The notes under the pieces are model-generated. The model was not told the origin of the DNA and made no database searches. It saw only the letters and a program-made list of their open reading frames with translations. Shown here piece after piece: positions 17,624 to 27,512 of a DNA stretch of 39,563 nucleotides. Numbering within the stretch: the first letter of the stretch is position 1; every line of letters begins with the position of its first letter. Source of the stretch: Planctomycetota bacterium. GTDB lineage: Bacteria > Planctomycetota > UBA11346. Made by a program: the position numbers and the translations under genes. The stretch spans positions 1 to 39,563 of the forward strand of contig JBBQSO010000048.1 in NCBI GenBank assembly GCA_038213805.1. Direction: 5' to 3'.

Positions 17624-17853
17624 GGCGGTGAGCATGCCGGCTGGCAGCGGGGATCCCAGCGCCTTGCCAGGGTGACCACCGGCCTGCGGCGGACAGCACC
17701 CACGTTGGCCGTATGGCAGTCCTTTTTTGGTGGGCGGTAAAACCTACACTCGCGCGCCAAGCGCCCCTGCCGCAACAGCGGCTGGTCGTTCCCGTATGGC
17801 CTTGACCGGATCAACGGCCTGATACCCGCTGCCATCTCCCCAAGGATTCCCCG

Positions 17854-18582
17854 ATGCATGTGCGCCGCTCCTGGCTCGGACTCGCCCTGCTCGCCTGGGC
17901 CCCGCTGTCCGCGGTCGAAGACGGCGCCGCCGCCGCCGCGCCCGCGCCCGTGCCGGCCCCGTACCTGCAGGGCGTCCACCACCGTGGCGGAATCGGCACC
18001 TATTTCATGGGTCGCGAGATCGCCCAGGTGATGGGGCACGAGGGCGCGGACTGGCTCGACCGCCCGCAGCGCGAGGCCGAAGAGAACCCCAAGGCCTTGG
18101 TCGCCGCGCTCGACCTCAAGGCCACCGACGTGGTCGCCGACATCGGCACCGGCACCGGCTACTACGCCTTCCGCATGGCGCCGCAGGTCGCCAAGGTCCT
18201 GGCCGAGGACATCCAGCCGGAGATGCTCGACCTTTTAGCGAAGAAGGCCGCGAGCCTGGGTGTGGGCAACGTCGTGCCGGTGCTCGGCACCATTACCGAT
18301 CCGAAGCTGCCGCCCGGCGGCGTCGACGTGGTGCTGCTGGTCGATGTCTATCACGAATTCGATCACCCTGCGGAGATGATGACCGCGATCCGCGCCGCCC
18401 TGCGCCCCGGCGGCCACGTCGTGCAGGTCGAGTTCCGCGGCGAAGATGCCGACGTGCCCATCCTCACCCTGCACAAGATGAGCGAAAAACAGGCACGCAG
18501 CGAGATGGAGAGCTTCGGCCTGACCTGGGAGCGAACCATTGAATCGCTGCCGTGGCAGCACGTGCTGATCTACCGGAAGTAG
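17854..18582 (+). CDS. Class I SAM-dependent methyltransferase with N-terminal signal-like segment
   Basis: MGREIAQVMGH, VADIGTGTGY, DIQPEML, VDVYHEF, LPWQH. Confidence 0.9.
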   Translation: MHVRRSWLGLALLAWAPLSAVEDGAAAAAPAPVPAPYLQGVHHRGGIGTYFMGREIAQVMGHEGADWLDRPQREAEENPKALVAALDLKATDVVADIGTGTGYYAFRMAPQVAKVLAEDIQPEMLDLLAKKAASLGVGNVVPVLGTITDPKLPPGGVDVVLLVDVYHEFDHPAEMMTAIRAALRPGGHVVQVEFRGEDADVPILTLHKMSEKQARSEMESFGLTWERTIESLPWQHVLIYRK

Positions 18583-18615
18583 GGCGGCGGCTGCCGGAAA
18601 CGCCGATGCCGCGCG

Positions 18616-19407
18616 TCAGCCAGGGGCGGAGGGTGCGGCAACGTCTACCGGCGGGGATGTCAGGACGTTGTTGTCCTCGTGGGATTCCGGCACCAGGTTG
18701 TCCTGATCGATGGTGATGGTGTAGATGTGTGTCCCTGGCTCGATGTGCGGCAGGATAGCGGTCTGCACGATGTTCGACGAATTGACGGTCAGCGCCGGCA
18801 GTGACCCGATGAAAACCGGCACGCCGTCGGCCAACACGGAGTACGGGACGCCGGTGAGGGTCCCTGCGGAGGTGCTGGTCGGCTGGTAGTTGACCACGAA
18901 AGTCAGCTGGACGGTGTCACTCGTAGGTGGGGCCGGTGAAACCCCGACCGTCTGGCTGCCGAAGAGCAAATCGCCGTTGGCGTACACCAGGGTGATGTTG
19001 GCGGTGTTGTTGGCCTCGTCCGATTCCGCGACCACGTGCCCGGGATCGAGGACTACGCTGTAGGTGTGGGTGCCCGGCAAGCTCGGCGCCGGGATCGTCG
19101 CGGTCAGTGGCACGACCGCGTTCGGACCGAAGCTGGTGACCGTGCTGGTGAAGATCGCCGTCGTCGGGCTCGCCGAGGAGAGGTCGAAGACGCTGTACGG
19201 CATCCCCGAGAAGTCCTGGAAGAAGTTGTTGACCACCGTGAAGCTGAGGGTCTCGGCGTCGCCGGTGCCCGGCTGGGCGATGCTGGCGACCGGCGTGACG
19301 GTGAAGGCGAAGTCCGGCTGCTGGGTCTGGGTCTGACCGCAGCCAGCGACCAGGAAGGCCAGGACGGCGTAGATGGAAAGCAACGCAAGGGGCAGGGACC
19401 GGAGCAT
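18616..19407 (-). CDS. Lipoprotein with two CARDB-like Ig domains
   Basis: Lipobox LVAGC; repeated motifs PGTHTYSVVLDPGHVVAESDEANN and PGTHIYTITIDQDNLVPESHEDNN. Confidence 0.8.
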   Translation of the reverse strand: MLRSLPLALLSIYAVLAFLVAGCGQTQTQQPDFAFTVTPVASIAQPGTGDAETLSFTVVNNFFQDFSGMPYSVFDLSSASPTTAIFTSTVTSFGPNAVVPLTATIPAPSLPGTHTYSVVLDPGHVVAESDEANNTANITLVYANGDLLFGSQTVGVSPAPPTSDTVQLTFVVNYQPTSTSAGTLTGVPYSVLADGVPVFIGSLPALTVNSSNIVQTAILPHIEPGTHIYTITIDQDNLVPESHEDNNVLTSPPVDVAAPSAPG

Positions 19408-19718
19408 GGAGCGTGACCTTATCGGGATGATGCCGGGCTGAGGCGGGTGCGGCAGCGCGCCACGGGTCTGAAAAGACCTCGCACGCGTGTCGGGAAGGCC
19501 GACACGCTACGTTCGCGAGCGGAAAAGCACCGGGCAATCTCCGACAGTCAGCCGGTCGACCGGTGTCCCTCCACGGTTTCCTCGACGGCGTACCAAGCGA
19601 TTGTCTTGGCCGGCCGGGGTGGCTAGGGTCGCGCGCGCAGGATTGCGGTCCACCCGCGTTCCTGCCTTTTGTGCCACCCCGGGCGCACGCCCGCCTGACC
19701 CTTTCAGGGAACACCCCC

Positions 19719-20903
19719 ATGTCGCACCATACCTTCCGCGCCACCTTCGCCGTCGGCGCCGCCCTGGTCGGCAGCCTGCTGGTCGCTGGCTGTGCCGTCC
19801 GCAACGCCAGCGCCGACGCCCAGATCTGGGGCACCCTGCCGGATGGTGGCACCGCGCACCTCTTCACACTGACCAACCAGAACGGCATGACGGCGCGCAT
19901 CAGCGACTACGGCGGCATCGTGGTGTCGCTCACCGCGCCCGACCGCAAGGGTGCCTTCGCCGACGTGGTGTGCGGCTACAACAGCCTCGAGGAATACGTG
20001 CGCCCCGGTCACACGCCGTACTTCGGCGCCATCGTCGGCCGCTACGGCAACCGCATCGCCGCCGGCCGCTTCGAGCTCGAGGGCAAGACTTACAGCCTGG
20101 CGCTGAACAACAAACCGGCTGGCATCCCGTGCTCGCTGCATGGTGGGCTGGTCGGCTTCGACAAGAAGCTGTGGCAGGCCACGCCGGTGACCATCGAGCA
20201 CGAGCAGGGCCTGGAGCTGCACTACCGCTCGCCCGACGGCGAGGAGGGCTTCCCCGGCACTCTCGACGTCACCGTCACCTACCGTTTGACCGCGGACAAC
20301 GCCCTGCGCATCGACTACCGCGCGACCACTGACAAGGCCACCCCGGTCAACCTCACCAACCACTCGTACTTCAACCTCGCCGGCGAAGGTGCGGGCGAAA
20401 TCCTCGGCCACCGCCTGACGCTCGCTGCCAGCAAAGTCCTGGTCATCGACCAGGGCATGATCCCGACCGGCGACCTGCACGCGGTCGCCGGCACGCCCTT
20501 CGACTTCACCAGCGCGCACGCCATCGGCGAGCGCATCGGCGCCGACGACGACCAGCTGCACTTCGGCAACGGCTACGACAACTGCTGGGTCATCGACCGC
20601 AGCGACGCCAGCCTGGTGAAGGCCGCGCGCGTGGTCGAACCTGATTCGGGCCGCGTCCTCGAGGTGTTGACCACCGAACCCGGCGTGCAGCTGTACACCT
20701 CGAACTTCATGCCCAAGACCGACGACCCGGCGACCCAGCAGCTGGTCGGCAAGAGCGGCAAGCACTACAACTTCCGCACCGCCTTCTGCCTTGAGACCCA
20801 GCACTACCCCGACTCGCCCAACAAGCCCGCCTTCCCGTCGTGCATCCTCGCGCCGGGGAAGGTGCTGAACTCGACGACGGTGTACCGCTTCACGACGGAG
20901 TGA
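19719..20903 (+). CDS. galM: Aldose 1-epimerase (galactose mutarotase)
   Basis: YFGAIVGRYGNRI, LHGG, EEGFPG, NLTNHSYFNL, GYDNCW, FCLETQHYPDSPN; possible lipobox LVAGC. Confidence 0.95.
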   Translation: MSHHTFRATFAVGAALVGSLLVAGCAVRNASADAQIWGTLPDGGTAHLFTLTNQNGMTARISDYGGIVVSLTAPDRKGAFADVVCGYNSLEEYVRPGHTPYFGAIVGRYGNRIAAGRFELEGKTYSLALNNKPAGIPCSLHGGLVGFDKKLWQATPVTIEHEQGLELHYRSPDGEEGFPGTLDVTVTYRLTADNALRIDYRATTDKATPVNLTNHSYFNLAGEGAGEILGHRLTLAASKVLVIDQGMIPTGDLHAVAGTPFDFTSAHAIGERIGADDDQLHFGNGYDNCWVIDRSDASLVKAARVVEPDSGRVLEVLTTEPGVQLYTSNFMPKTDDPATQQLVGKSGKHYNFRTAFCLETQHYPDSPNKPAFPSCILAPGKVLNSTTVYRFTTE

Positions 20904-20966
20904 GTTGCATTGCCCTGCGGCCTGGAAATGCGCAGGAAATCCATGCTACGGCGGACTGTCCGCCCA

Positions 20967-21052
20967 GAGCGCCAACGGCGCGACCAGGCAGCAGCCCAGG
21001 GCGAAGCCCTGGGTAGGGCAGGAATAATGTGCCGAGCCCTGTAGGGGCGGCC
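20967..21052. repeat. Left REP-like arm flanking the RAYT gene
   Basis: GAGCGCCAACGGCGCGACCAG, CCCAGGGCGAAGCCCTGGG and GAGCCCTGTAGGGGCG; inverted copy at 21608-21694. Confidence 0.85.
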
Positions 21053-21150
21053 CTGATTCTGCACATTCGACATCGGTGGCGCCGATTCCCACACCGACGC
21101 TGGTTTCTGCCAACCTGGAGTCTTCACACCGCGTGTAAGACTTTCCGGAC

Positions 21151-21603
21151 ATGCCGCAGTCACTCGCTCGTTTGTATGTCCACTTGGTCTTCAGCACCAA
21201 GCATCGACAGCCGCACATCATCGACAATGTCCGCGAGCGGCTCCATGGGTACATGAGCAAGGTGCTCGACAATCTCGCGTGCCCGGTGCTCAGCATCAAT
21301 TCGGTCTCCGATCATGTGCACATCTTCTTCGAGCTGAGCCGGACCATTTCCACCAGCCAGGCAGTTGAGGCGGTCAAGAAGTCCTCTTCCAAATGGATGA
21401 AGGAACAACCTGGCGGCAACGGGGAGTTTTCTTGGCAGTCAGGTTACGGTGCATTCTCGACTTCGGAGTCCCAGGTCCAGACGGTGCGCGCCTACATCGC
21501 TCGACAGCAGGAACACCATGCCGCTACCACCTTCCAGGATGAGTTCCGATCCATGCTCGGACGCCATCATCTCCCGTATGACGAACGCTACATCTGGGGC
21601 TGA
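21151..21603 (+). mobile_element. tnpA: IS200/IS605-superfamily Y1 (HUH) transposase, REP-associated tyrosine transposase (RAYT) type
   Basis: HLVFSTKHR, HUH motif DHVHI, FSWQSGYGAFS, catalytic YIARQQEHH; no tnpB; flanked by inverted palindromic arms. Confidence 0.9.
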
Positions 21604-21607
21604 ATAC

Positions 21608-21694
21608 GGTCGCCCCTTCAGGGCTCAGATCAAATTTCCCCGTGAACCCAGGGCGCTGCCCTGGGCTGCTGCACTGGTCGCGCCGTTGGCGCTC
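21608..21694. repeat. Right REP-like arm flanking the RAYT gene
   Basis: 21674-21694 is the exact reverse complement of 20967-20987, and 21658-21672 of 20988-21002. Confidence 0.85.
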
Positions 21695-21760
21695 CAGACA
21701 TGCCGACTAGTCGTTCGCCGTCCCATGCTCACGTGGCGTAATCATCCGCCGCATCAGCCA

Positions 21761-22963
21761 TCAGCGCCCCAGCCCAGCCAGAGCCGCATTCTGGAAATCG
21801 CGGCGGATGTCGGAACCATCCGAATTCGGGAAATTTGCGCGGCTGACCATCAGCACGTACGCAACCTGCCGCGCCGGGTCTATCCACACCTGCGTGCCGA
21901 AGGCACCGCCGTGGCCGAAGCTGCCGGACGAGAGCGCGGCGCTGACGCCCTGCGGCTGGCGCACCACGCACCAGCCCAGTCCCCAGCCGTTACCCGGGGT
22001 GAACCCGGTGACCAGCGCGCCGCTCTGCACCGAGGTCATTTGCGCCACCGCCTGCTCGCTGAGGTAGCGCTTCCCGCCCAGGCTGCCCTTGCCCAGGATC
22101 ATGCGGCAGAAACGCGCGTAGTCGGTGGCGGTCGAGAACAGCCCGCCATTCGCCGCCGGCACGCGCCCAGGGCGGGTGGGATCGAAGTCGGGGGAGAAGC
22201 TGGCGGGAGCCAAGCCCCCGCCGACGAAACGGTAAGGCTTGGCGAGGCGCGCCTGCTGCTCGGCGGTGGGCGTGAAGCACGTGTCACGCATGCCCAGGGG
22301 CGTGAACAGGCGCTCGGCGAGGAAGTCCGGGAAGTTCTTCCCGGAAACCACCTCGACGATGCGCCCGAGCGCATTGATGCCCGACTGGCAGTACTGCCAG
22401 CGCGTGCCCGGCACGAACTGCAGCGGCAGCGGCGCCACCAGGGTGACCAGCTCCGCGAGGGTATGCGCCTTCAGGCGCGGCTCGCCGTTCACCTCGGCCA
22501 GGCCCGAGCTGTGGGTCAGCAGGTGACGCAGGGTGATCGCGTCGCCGGCGCCCTCCGCGGTCTTCATGCCGGCCAGCTCTGGCAGGTACTTGGCTACCGG
22601 ATCGTCGACCGACAGCCGGCCCTCGTCCTGCAGCATCAGCACCGCAGTGGCGGTGATCGGCTTGGTCATCGAAGCGATCCAGAAGAGCGTATCTGACGCC
22701 ATCGGCCGGCCCGCTTCGCGATCGGCGAAGCCGACCGCGCCAAGGTGGGCGAAGCCGTCCGGCGTGACCACCGCCGTGACCGCGCCGGCGACTTCGTTGC
22801 GCGCCACCGCCGCGTCCATCGCCGCGGTGACCACCGGCAATTCGCCACCGCTGCCGACACGTGCACCACCGGAGCAGGCCGTGACCACCGCAAGCACCGT
22901 CAGTGCCGCGCCACAGGCGAGGCCGGTCAGGAGACGGGAAGAGGCGGATCGCGTGGGACGCAT
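21761..22963 (-). CDS. Serine hydrolase, beta-lactamase (class C/esterase VIII) family
   Basis: FWIASMTK (SxxK), LLTHSSG, WQYCQ, GGLFST, FGHGGAFGT; lipobox-like VTAC. Confidence 0.92.
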   Translation of the reverse strand: MRPTRSASSRLLTGLACGAALTVLAVVTACSGGARVGSGGELPVVTAAMDAAVARNEVAGAVTAVVTPDGFAHLGAVGFADREAGRPMASDTLFWIASMTKPITATAVLMLQDEGRLSVDDPVAKYLPELAGMKTAEGAGDAITLRHLLTHSSGLAEVNGEPRLKAHTLAELVTLVAPLPLQFVPGTRWQYCQSGINALGRIVEVVSGKNFPDFLAERLFTPLGMRDTCFTPTAEQQARLAKPYRFVGGGLAPASFSPDFDPTRPGRVPAANGGLFSTATDYARFCRMILGKGSLGGKRYLSEQAVAQMTSVQSGALVTGFTPGNGWGLGWCVVRQPQGVSAALSSGSFGHGGAFGTQVWIDPARQVAYVLMVSRANFPNSDGSDIRRDFQNAALAGLGR

Positions 22964-23058
22964 GGGGAAATCCTTGGGATGGAAATGGTGGGAGTTGCGA
23001 GACGCGAACGCTCGTAGCTGACGTCGCCGCGCCGCCCCCTCGAACAGCGAATGCCTCG

Positions 23059-24759
23059 CTAGAGACCCGGCGCCTTCGGCTTGATCGGCGCCGTGAACGC
23101 CTCATAGCCGTGCACCTTGACCTTGCGCTTGTAGACCGCGTTGTTGCAGGTCGCGTAGATGATGTCGAGGTCGGGACCACCAAAGGTGAGGTTCGAGACG
23201 TGGCCGTTCGGCGTCGGCACGATGCAGTTCACCCGCCCGGCCTGGTCACAGATCTGGATGCCCATGTTGGTGCAGACGTAGAGCCGGCCGTCACGGTCGA
23301 CGCGCATGCCGTCGCCCCACGCCTCGTCCGAGTTCTCGGGGCGGTGCAGATCGTAGTAGCGCTGTTTGTGCGCGAGCGATCCGTCGGCCTGGACCTGGTA
23401 GCTGAAGACCCAATGGCTGCGGCTGTCGACCACGTAAAGCAGGCTCTGGTCGGGGGAGAGCGTCACGCCATTCGAGAATTTCAGGCCCGTGTCGACGATC
23501 CGCTTCTCGCCCTTCGCGCTGATGTACCAGACGTTGCTGGGCTTGGTGCCGTCCCAGCCCGGTTCGGTGACGTACATGCCGCCGTCGTGGGCGACCACGA
23601 TGTCGTTGCCGCGGAAGCCGTCCGCGAGCACCGTGGCGGTGCCGTCGGCGGCATAGGCCACCACCTGCTTGGTCGCGCCGAGCACCGCGTAGAGCCGGCC
23701 ATCGGGACCATAGGCCATGCCGTCGGCGTTCTGGTTGTCCTTGCGCAGCTCCACCGGTTTGCCGTCGGCGCCAAGCCGGTAGGTGATGGCCTTGGGCACA
23801 TCGTTGAACACCACGTCGCCCTTGGCGTCGACCGCAGGGCCCTCGGTGAAGCCATAGCCGTCGCCGACCAGCTGCCAGCCCTCGCCGGGGATGAGGATGT
23901 CCTTGAGCTGGTTCGAGCCGAGCCCGGTCTTCACCGGCGTCGGCCAGTCCTTCCACAGGAAGCGCATCGCCTCGGGAAAGACCTTCGTGGCGTGGTCGCC
24001 GTTGTGGCCGCCCTCGCCCCAGGCGTGCTCGACCTCGTAGCCGGCGAAGATCAGGGCGCGCTCCATGGCCTGGTTGGCCATCCACCAGTCGCCAGCGTAA
24101 ATATTGAGGTCGCCGCTGCCGTCCTGCAGGAAGACGCGCAGCGGCTTGGGCTCGACCTTGCGTAGCAAAGTCGCGTACTCGTTGCCGCCACGCAGGCCGA
24201 CGTAGGTGCCGATCGAACTGAACACGCGGGTGAAGGCGTCGGGACGTTCCCACGCGGCGGTGAAGGCACACACCGCGCCGCTGCTCGAGCCGCCGATGGC
24301 GCGATCGTTGCCGCTGGTCGAAAGGTTGAGGTGCTGGTCGGCGACCACGTGCGGGATGAGCTCGTCGAGCACGAAGCGCGCGTAACCGTCGCCCAGGCCG
24401 TCGTACTCGTAGCTGCGGTTCCAGCGGTCAAGGGCCGCGTCCGAGGGCGCCTTGACGTGGCCATGCATGATGAAGATGCCGACCGTGACCGGCATCTCCT
24501 TCGCGGCGATCAGCTGGTCGAAGACCTCAGGCGCGTGGAACTGGACGCCGTCCTGGTTGACGTAGACGCACGCGGGCTTGGCAGGGTCGTACTGCTGCGG
24601 CACGTAGACCCAATAGTCGCGGGTGGTGCCGGGGAAGATCCTGCTGCCCTCAAATACGTGCTTGGTGACCGTACCCTTGGGCACCTCGGGCGCGGTTTCC
24701 GCAATCACGGCACCGACGGCGAGCAGGGGAATCAGCGGGATCAGGCGCAGGAAGGGCAT
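23059..24759 (-). CDS. Esterase (Fes-like alpha/beta hydrolase) fused to SMP-30/gluconolactonase beta-propeller
   Basis: RDYWVYVP, GGSSSGA nucleophile elbow; FTEGPA, NGVTLSPD, DGMRVDRDGRLYV, SNLTFGG. Confidence 0.9.
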   Translation of the reverse strand: MPFLRLIPLIPLLAVGAVIAETAPEVPKGTVTKHVFEGSRIFPGTTRDYWVYVPQQYDPAKPACVYVNQDGVQFHAPEVFDQLIAAKEMPVTVGIFIMHGHVKAPSDAALDRWNRSYEYDGLGDGYARFVLDELIPHVVADQHLNLSTSGNDRAIGGSSSGAVCAFTAAWERPDAFTRVFSSIGTYVGLRGGNEYATLLRKVEPKPLRVFLQDGSGDLNIYAGDWWMANQAMERALIFAGYEVEHAWGEGGHNGDHATKVFPEAMRFLWKDWPTPVKTGLGSNQLKDILIPGEGWQLVGDGYGFTEGPAVDAKGDVVFNDVPKAITYRLGADGKPVELRKDNQNADGMAYGPDGRLYAVLGATKQVVAYAADGTATVLADGFRGNDIVVAHDGGMYVTEPGWDGTKPSNVWYISAKGEKRIVDTGLKFSNGVTLSPDQSLLYVVDSRSHWVFSYQVQADGSLAHKQRYYDLHRPENSDEAWGDGMRVDRDGRLYVCTNMGIQICDQAGRVNCIVPTPNGHVSNLTFGGPDLDIIYATCNNAVYKRKVKVHGYEAFTAPIKPKAPGL

Positions 24760-25037
24760 GAGGATGGGTCTCCGAGGGAGAAGAGGTACGACGCCGGAGA
24801 GGGAGCGCTGAGGGTGGGGAGACGCGGGGCTTGGGACTCGTGCCTTGAGACCGGGCCTGATGAAGCGGGCGTGGAGTGGCAAGAGTCGGAATTCCGCCAT
24901 ACGCTGCTGCGTGTCTTGCAATGCGGCCTCGAGGGCGCAAGCGCCGCACGGTGGAGTTGCTGAAGGATGTCCCAACCACCGCACGGGCGCGTGGACTTGG
25001 CGGCGGAAGGGCCTACGACCCGGTGAGGAGACGCCGC

Positions 25038-25586
25038 ATGCAGCCGTGGAGGATGCCCAGCCGGGACGAGTACTACATGGGCATCGCGGTGGCCGTGCGC
25101 GAGAAGGCCAACTGCCTGGGCAGCCGCGTCGGCGCGGTGATCGTGCGCGACAACCGTGTCATTTCCACCGGCTACAACGGCGTCCCCGAGGGCATGCAGA
25201 ACTGCCTGGACGGCGGTTGCCACCGCTGCAGCAACACCGCCATCTACAAGTCGGGCGAGGCCTACGACCTGTGCATCTGCGTGCACGCCGAGCAGAACGC
25301 GTTGATCACCGCGGCGCGCTTCGGCATCGCGGTGTTCGGTGCGACGCTGTACACCACCATGAAACCGTGCTTCAACTGCGCCAAGGAGATCCTCCAGGCC
25401 GGCATCGTGCAGGTCTGCTACATGCACGAGTGGCGGCCCGGCGATGACACCAAGCGTGCCGAGCACGAAAAGATCATCGGCGCCATCAAGCTGATCCGGA
25501 AGATCGACTACCCGGACCCGCGGCCGGAGTGGATCCGTGCGATCAGCCTGCCGCAGACGGGGGATGGCGCCGACGTGCCGATGTGA
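25038..25586 (+). CDS. comEB: dCMP deaminase (ComEB family)
   Basis: VGAVIV, STGYNG, HAEQNA, PCFNC; GAGGAG RBS. Confidence 0.9.
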   Translation: MQPWRMPSRDEYYMGIAVAVREKANCLGSRVGAVIVRDNRVISTGYNGVPEGMQNCLDGGCHRCSNTAIYKSGEAYDLCICVHAEQNALITAARFGIAVFGATLYTTMKPCFNCAKEILQAGIVQVCYMHEWRPGDDTKRAEHEKIIGAIKLIRKIDYPDPRPEWIRAISLPQTGDGADVPM

Positions 25587-25612
25587 AAGCGGCGCCGGCC
25601 TCGGCCCTACGC

Positions 25613-27142
25613 TCAGACCCCGACCCGATCCAGCACCCGGAATCCGATCCCCTCGCTGATGTCTTCCAGGGTCACCGTCGCGCGCGCTTCCAGATCGGCG
25701 ATGGTACGCGCCACTTTCAGGATGCGGTCGTAGGCGCGCGCGCTCAGCCCGAGTTCTTCCACCGCCCTATTCAGCAGGGCCAGGCCGGCGGGATCCGCGG
25801 CGAGGTGACGGCGCAGACCGCGCGCGTCCAGGGTGGCATTGGGGCATCCCTGACGGGCCAGCATGCGCTCGCGCGCCGCGACCACGCGCACGCGTGCGAC
25901 CGCGGTGGTCTCGCCACCCCCGCCGGCGAGCAAATCGGGGCGCTGCGCGGGTACCTCCAGGTGCAGGTCGATGCGGTCGAGCAACGGTCCGCTGATGCGC
26001 CCGCGATAACGGTGGATGGCATCGCGGTTGTCGACGCAGCGCCGCGTCGGGTGGCCCAGGTAGCCGCACGGGCAGGGATTCATCGCCGCGACCAGCATGA
26101 CGCGGCTGGGAAAGGTCAGGCGCCCGCCGCCGCGGCTGATGGTCAGCCGCCCGTCCTCGAGCGGCTGGCGCAGGTTTTCGAGCACGGTGCGCGGAAATTC
26201 CGGCAGTTCATCCAGGAACAGCACGCCGTGGTGGGCGAGACTGACCTCGCCCGGGCGCGGCACCGAACCACCGCCGATCAACCCGACCGCTGAAACATTG
26301 TGATGCGGGGCGCGGAATGGCCGGCTGCGCAGCAGCCCGCCGCCCGCCGGCATCAGCCCCGAGACCGAGTGCACGCGCGTGACGTCGAGAGCTTCCTCGA
26401 GGGTGAGCTCTGGCAGCAAGCCGGGCAGGCGACGCGCGAGCATGGTCTTGCCTGATCCTGGAGGTCCCATCATCAGCAAGTTGTGCCCGCCCGCGGCTGC
26501 AACCACCAGCGCGCGCTTGGCGTGTTCCTGGCCGCGCACGTCGCTGAGGTCGGGGCCGTCGCCGTCGAGCCGCACCGCCGCTGCTTCCGGGCGCACGCAC
26601 GGCGCTGCCGCCAGCCCGTTGCGCACCCACTCGCAAACCTCGGCGAGGTTGCCGGGCGCGAGCACGCGCAGTCCCTCGACCACCGCCGCCTCCTGGGCAT
26701 TCCCTGCCGCAACCACGATATGGCGCATCCCGGCCTCACGCGCCGCCAGCGCGCAGGCCAGCACCCCGCGCACCGGCCGCAGCGCGCCATCGAGCGCGAG
26801 TTCGGCCAGGAACAGCGCATCGCGCGGCGGCGGCGGCAGCTTGTTCTCCGGCACCGTACAGGCGAAGCCCAACGCCACCGCCAGATCGAAGGCCGGCCCC
26901 TCCTTGCGGCGGTCCGCCGGCGCAAGGTTGACCACCAGATGGTCCCCCGGTCGGTGCGTCAGCCCGCTCGAGAACAGCGCCGGCGTCACCCGCTCGATCG
27001 ACTCGCGCACCGCCGCGTCAGGCAGACCCACGACGGTAGTGCGTCCGACCCCGGTCGACGGCTCGCTGCGGCTGACCTCGACCTGCACCAGATAGCCTTC
27101 GACGCCTTCGACGGTGGCGGCGTGGAGTTGGACGAGTTCCAT
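25613..27142 (-). CDS. comM: YifB/ComM family Mg-chelatase-like AAA ATPase
   Basis: VGLPDAAVRES, VNLAPAD, GPPGSGKT, PFRAPHH, LFLDELPEF, AAMNPCPCG, SGPLLDRID, LSARAYDRILKVARTIADL. Confidence 0.95.
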   Translation of the reverse strand: MELVQLHAATVEGVEGYLVQVEVSRSEPSTGVGRTTVVGLPDAAVRESIERVTPALFSSGLTHRPGDHLVVNLAPADRRKEGPAFDLAVALGFACTVPENKLPPPPRDALFLAELALDGALRPVRGVLACALAAREAGMRHIVVAAGNAQEAAVVEGLRVLAPGNLAEVCEWVRNGLAAAPCVRPEAAAVRLDGDGPDLSDVRGQEHAKRALVVAAAGGHNLLMMGPPGSGKTMLARRLPGLLPELTLEEALDVTRVHSVSGLMPAGGGLLRSRPFRAPHHNVSAVGLIGGGSVPRPGEVSLAHHGVLFLDELPEFPRTVLENLRQPLEDGRLTISRGGGRLTFPSRVMLVAAMNPCPCGYLGHPTRRCVDNRDAIHRYRGRISGPLLDRIDLHLEVPAQRPDLLAGGGGETTAVARVRVVAARERMLARQGCPNATLDARGLRRHLAADPAGLALLNRAVEELGLSARAYDRILKVARTIADLEARATVTLEDISEGIGFRVLDRVGV

Positions 27143-27512
27143 GGGAACAGCATGGGGGCGCAAGGACTGGTGGAATGATGGCCAGTCAAAAGTGTTCGCT
27201 ACTTCACCCGAACAGCGCGTGTGGCGTTGCGATGACCCTCGGTCATGGACTCACCCTCTGCAAAGACTCGATCACCCGGAGGACCGTGTACGCACCGTCA
27301 GGGCAAACCCTCCCCACCCGGTGCAGGGGACATCCGCTAGCGGCGGTGGTATGACTGCGACGGTGGACGTCATGGCATCCGCAACCAGACCGACCTGGTG
27401 CAGGTGATCGCAACCAGCGGCGACGGCTTGGCGTCCGAACGCGACCTCGTGTGCATCATCGACCTCTATCCTGACCTGCGAGCGCATCCACGCGCGTACG
27501 CGACATACGACC

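Noticed and set aside
21151..21603. Canonical IS605 element with tnpB/omegaRNA
   Set aside because: No tnpB or RuvC-like ORF is adjacent, and the long inverted palindromic flanks fit a RAYT better.
25038..27142. comEB-comM as a competence operon
   Set aside because: The genes are convergent, both have general housekeeping roles, and no DNA-uptake genes are nearby.
27298..27360. GGGCAAACCC resembling the start of a c-di-GMP-I riboswitch
   Set aside because: The GAAA tetraloop and GCAAAG junction motifs are absent.
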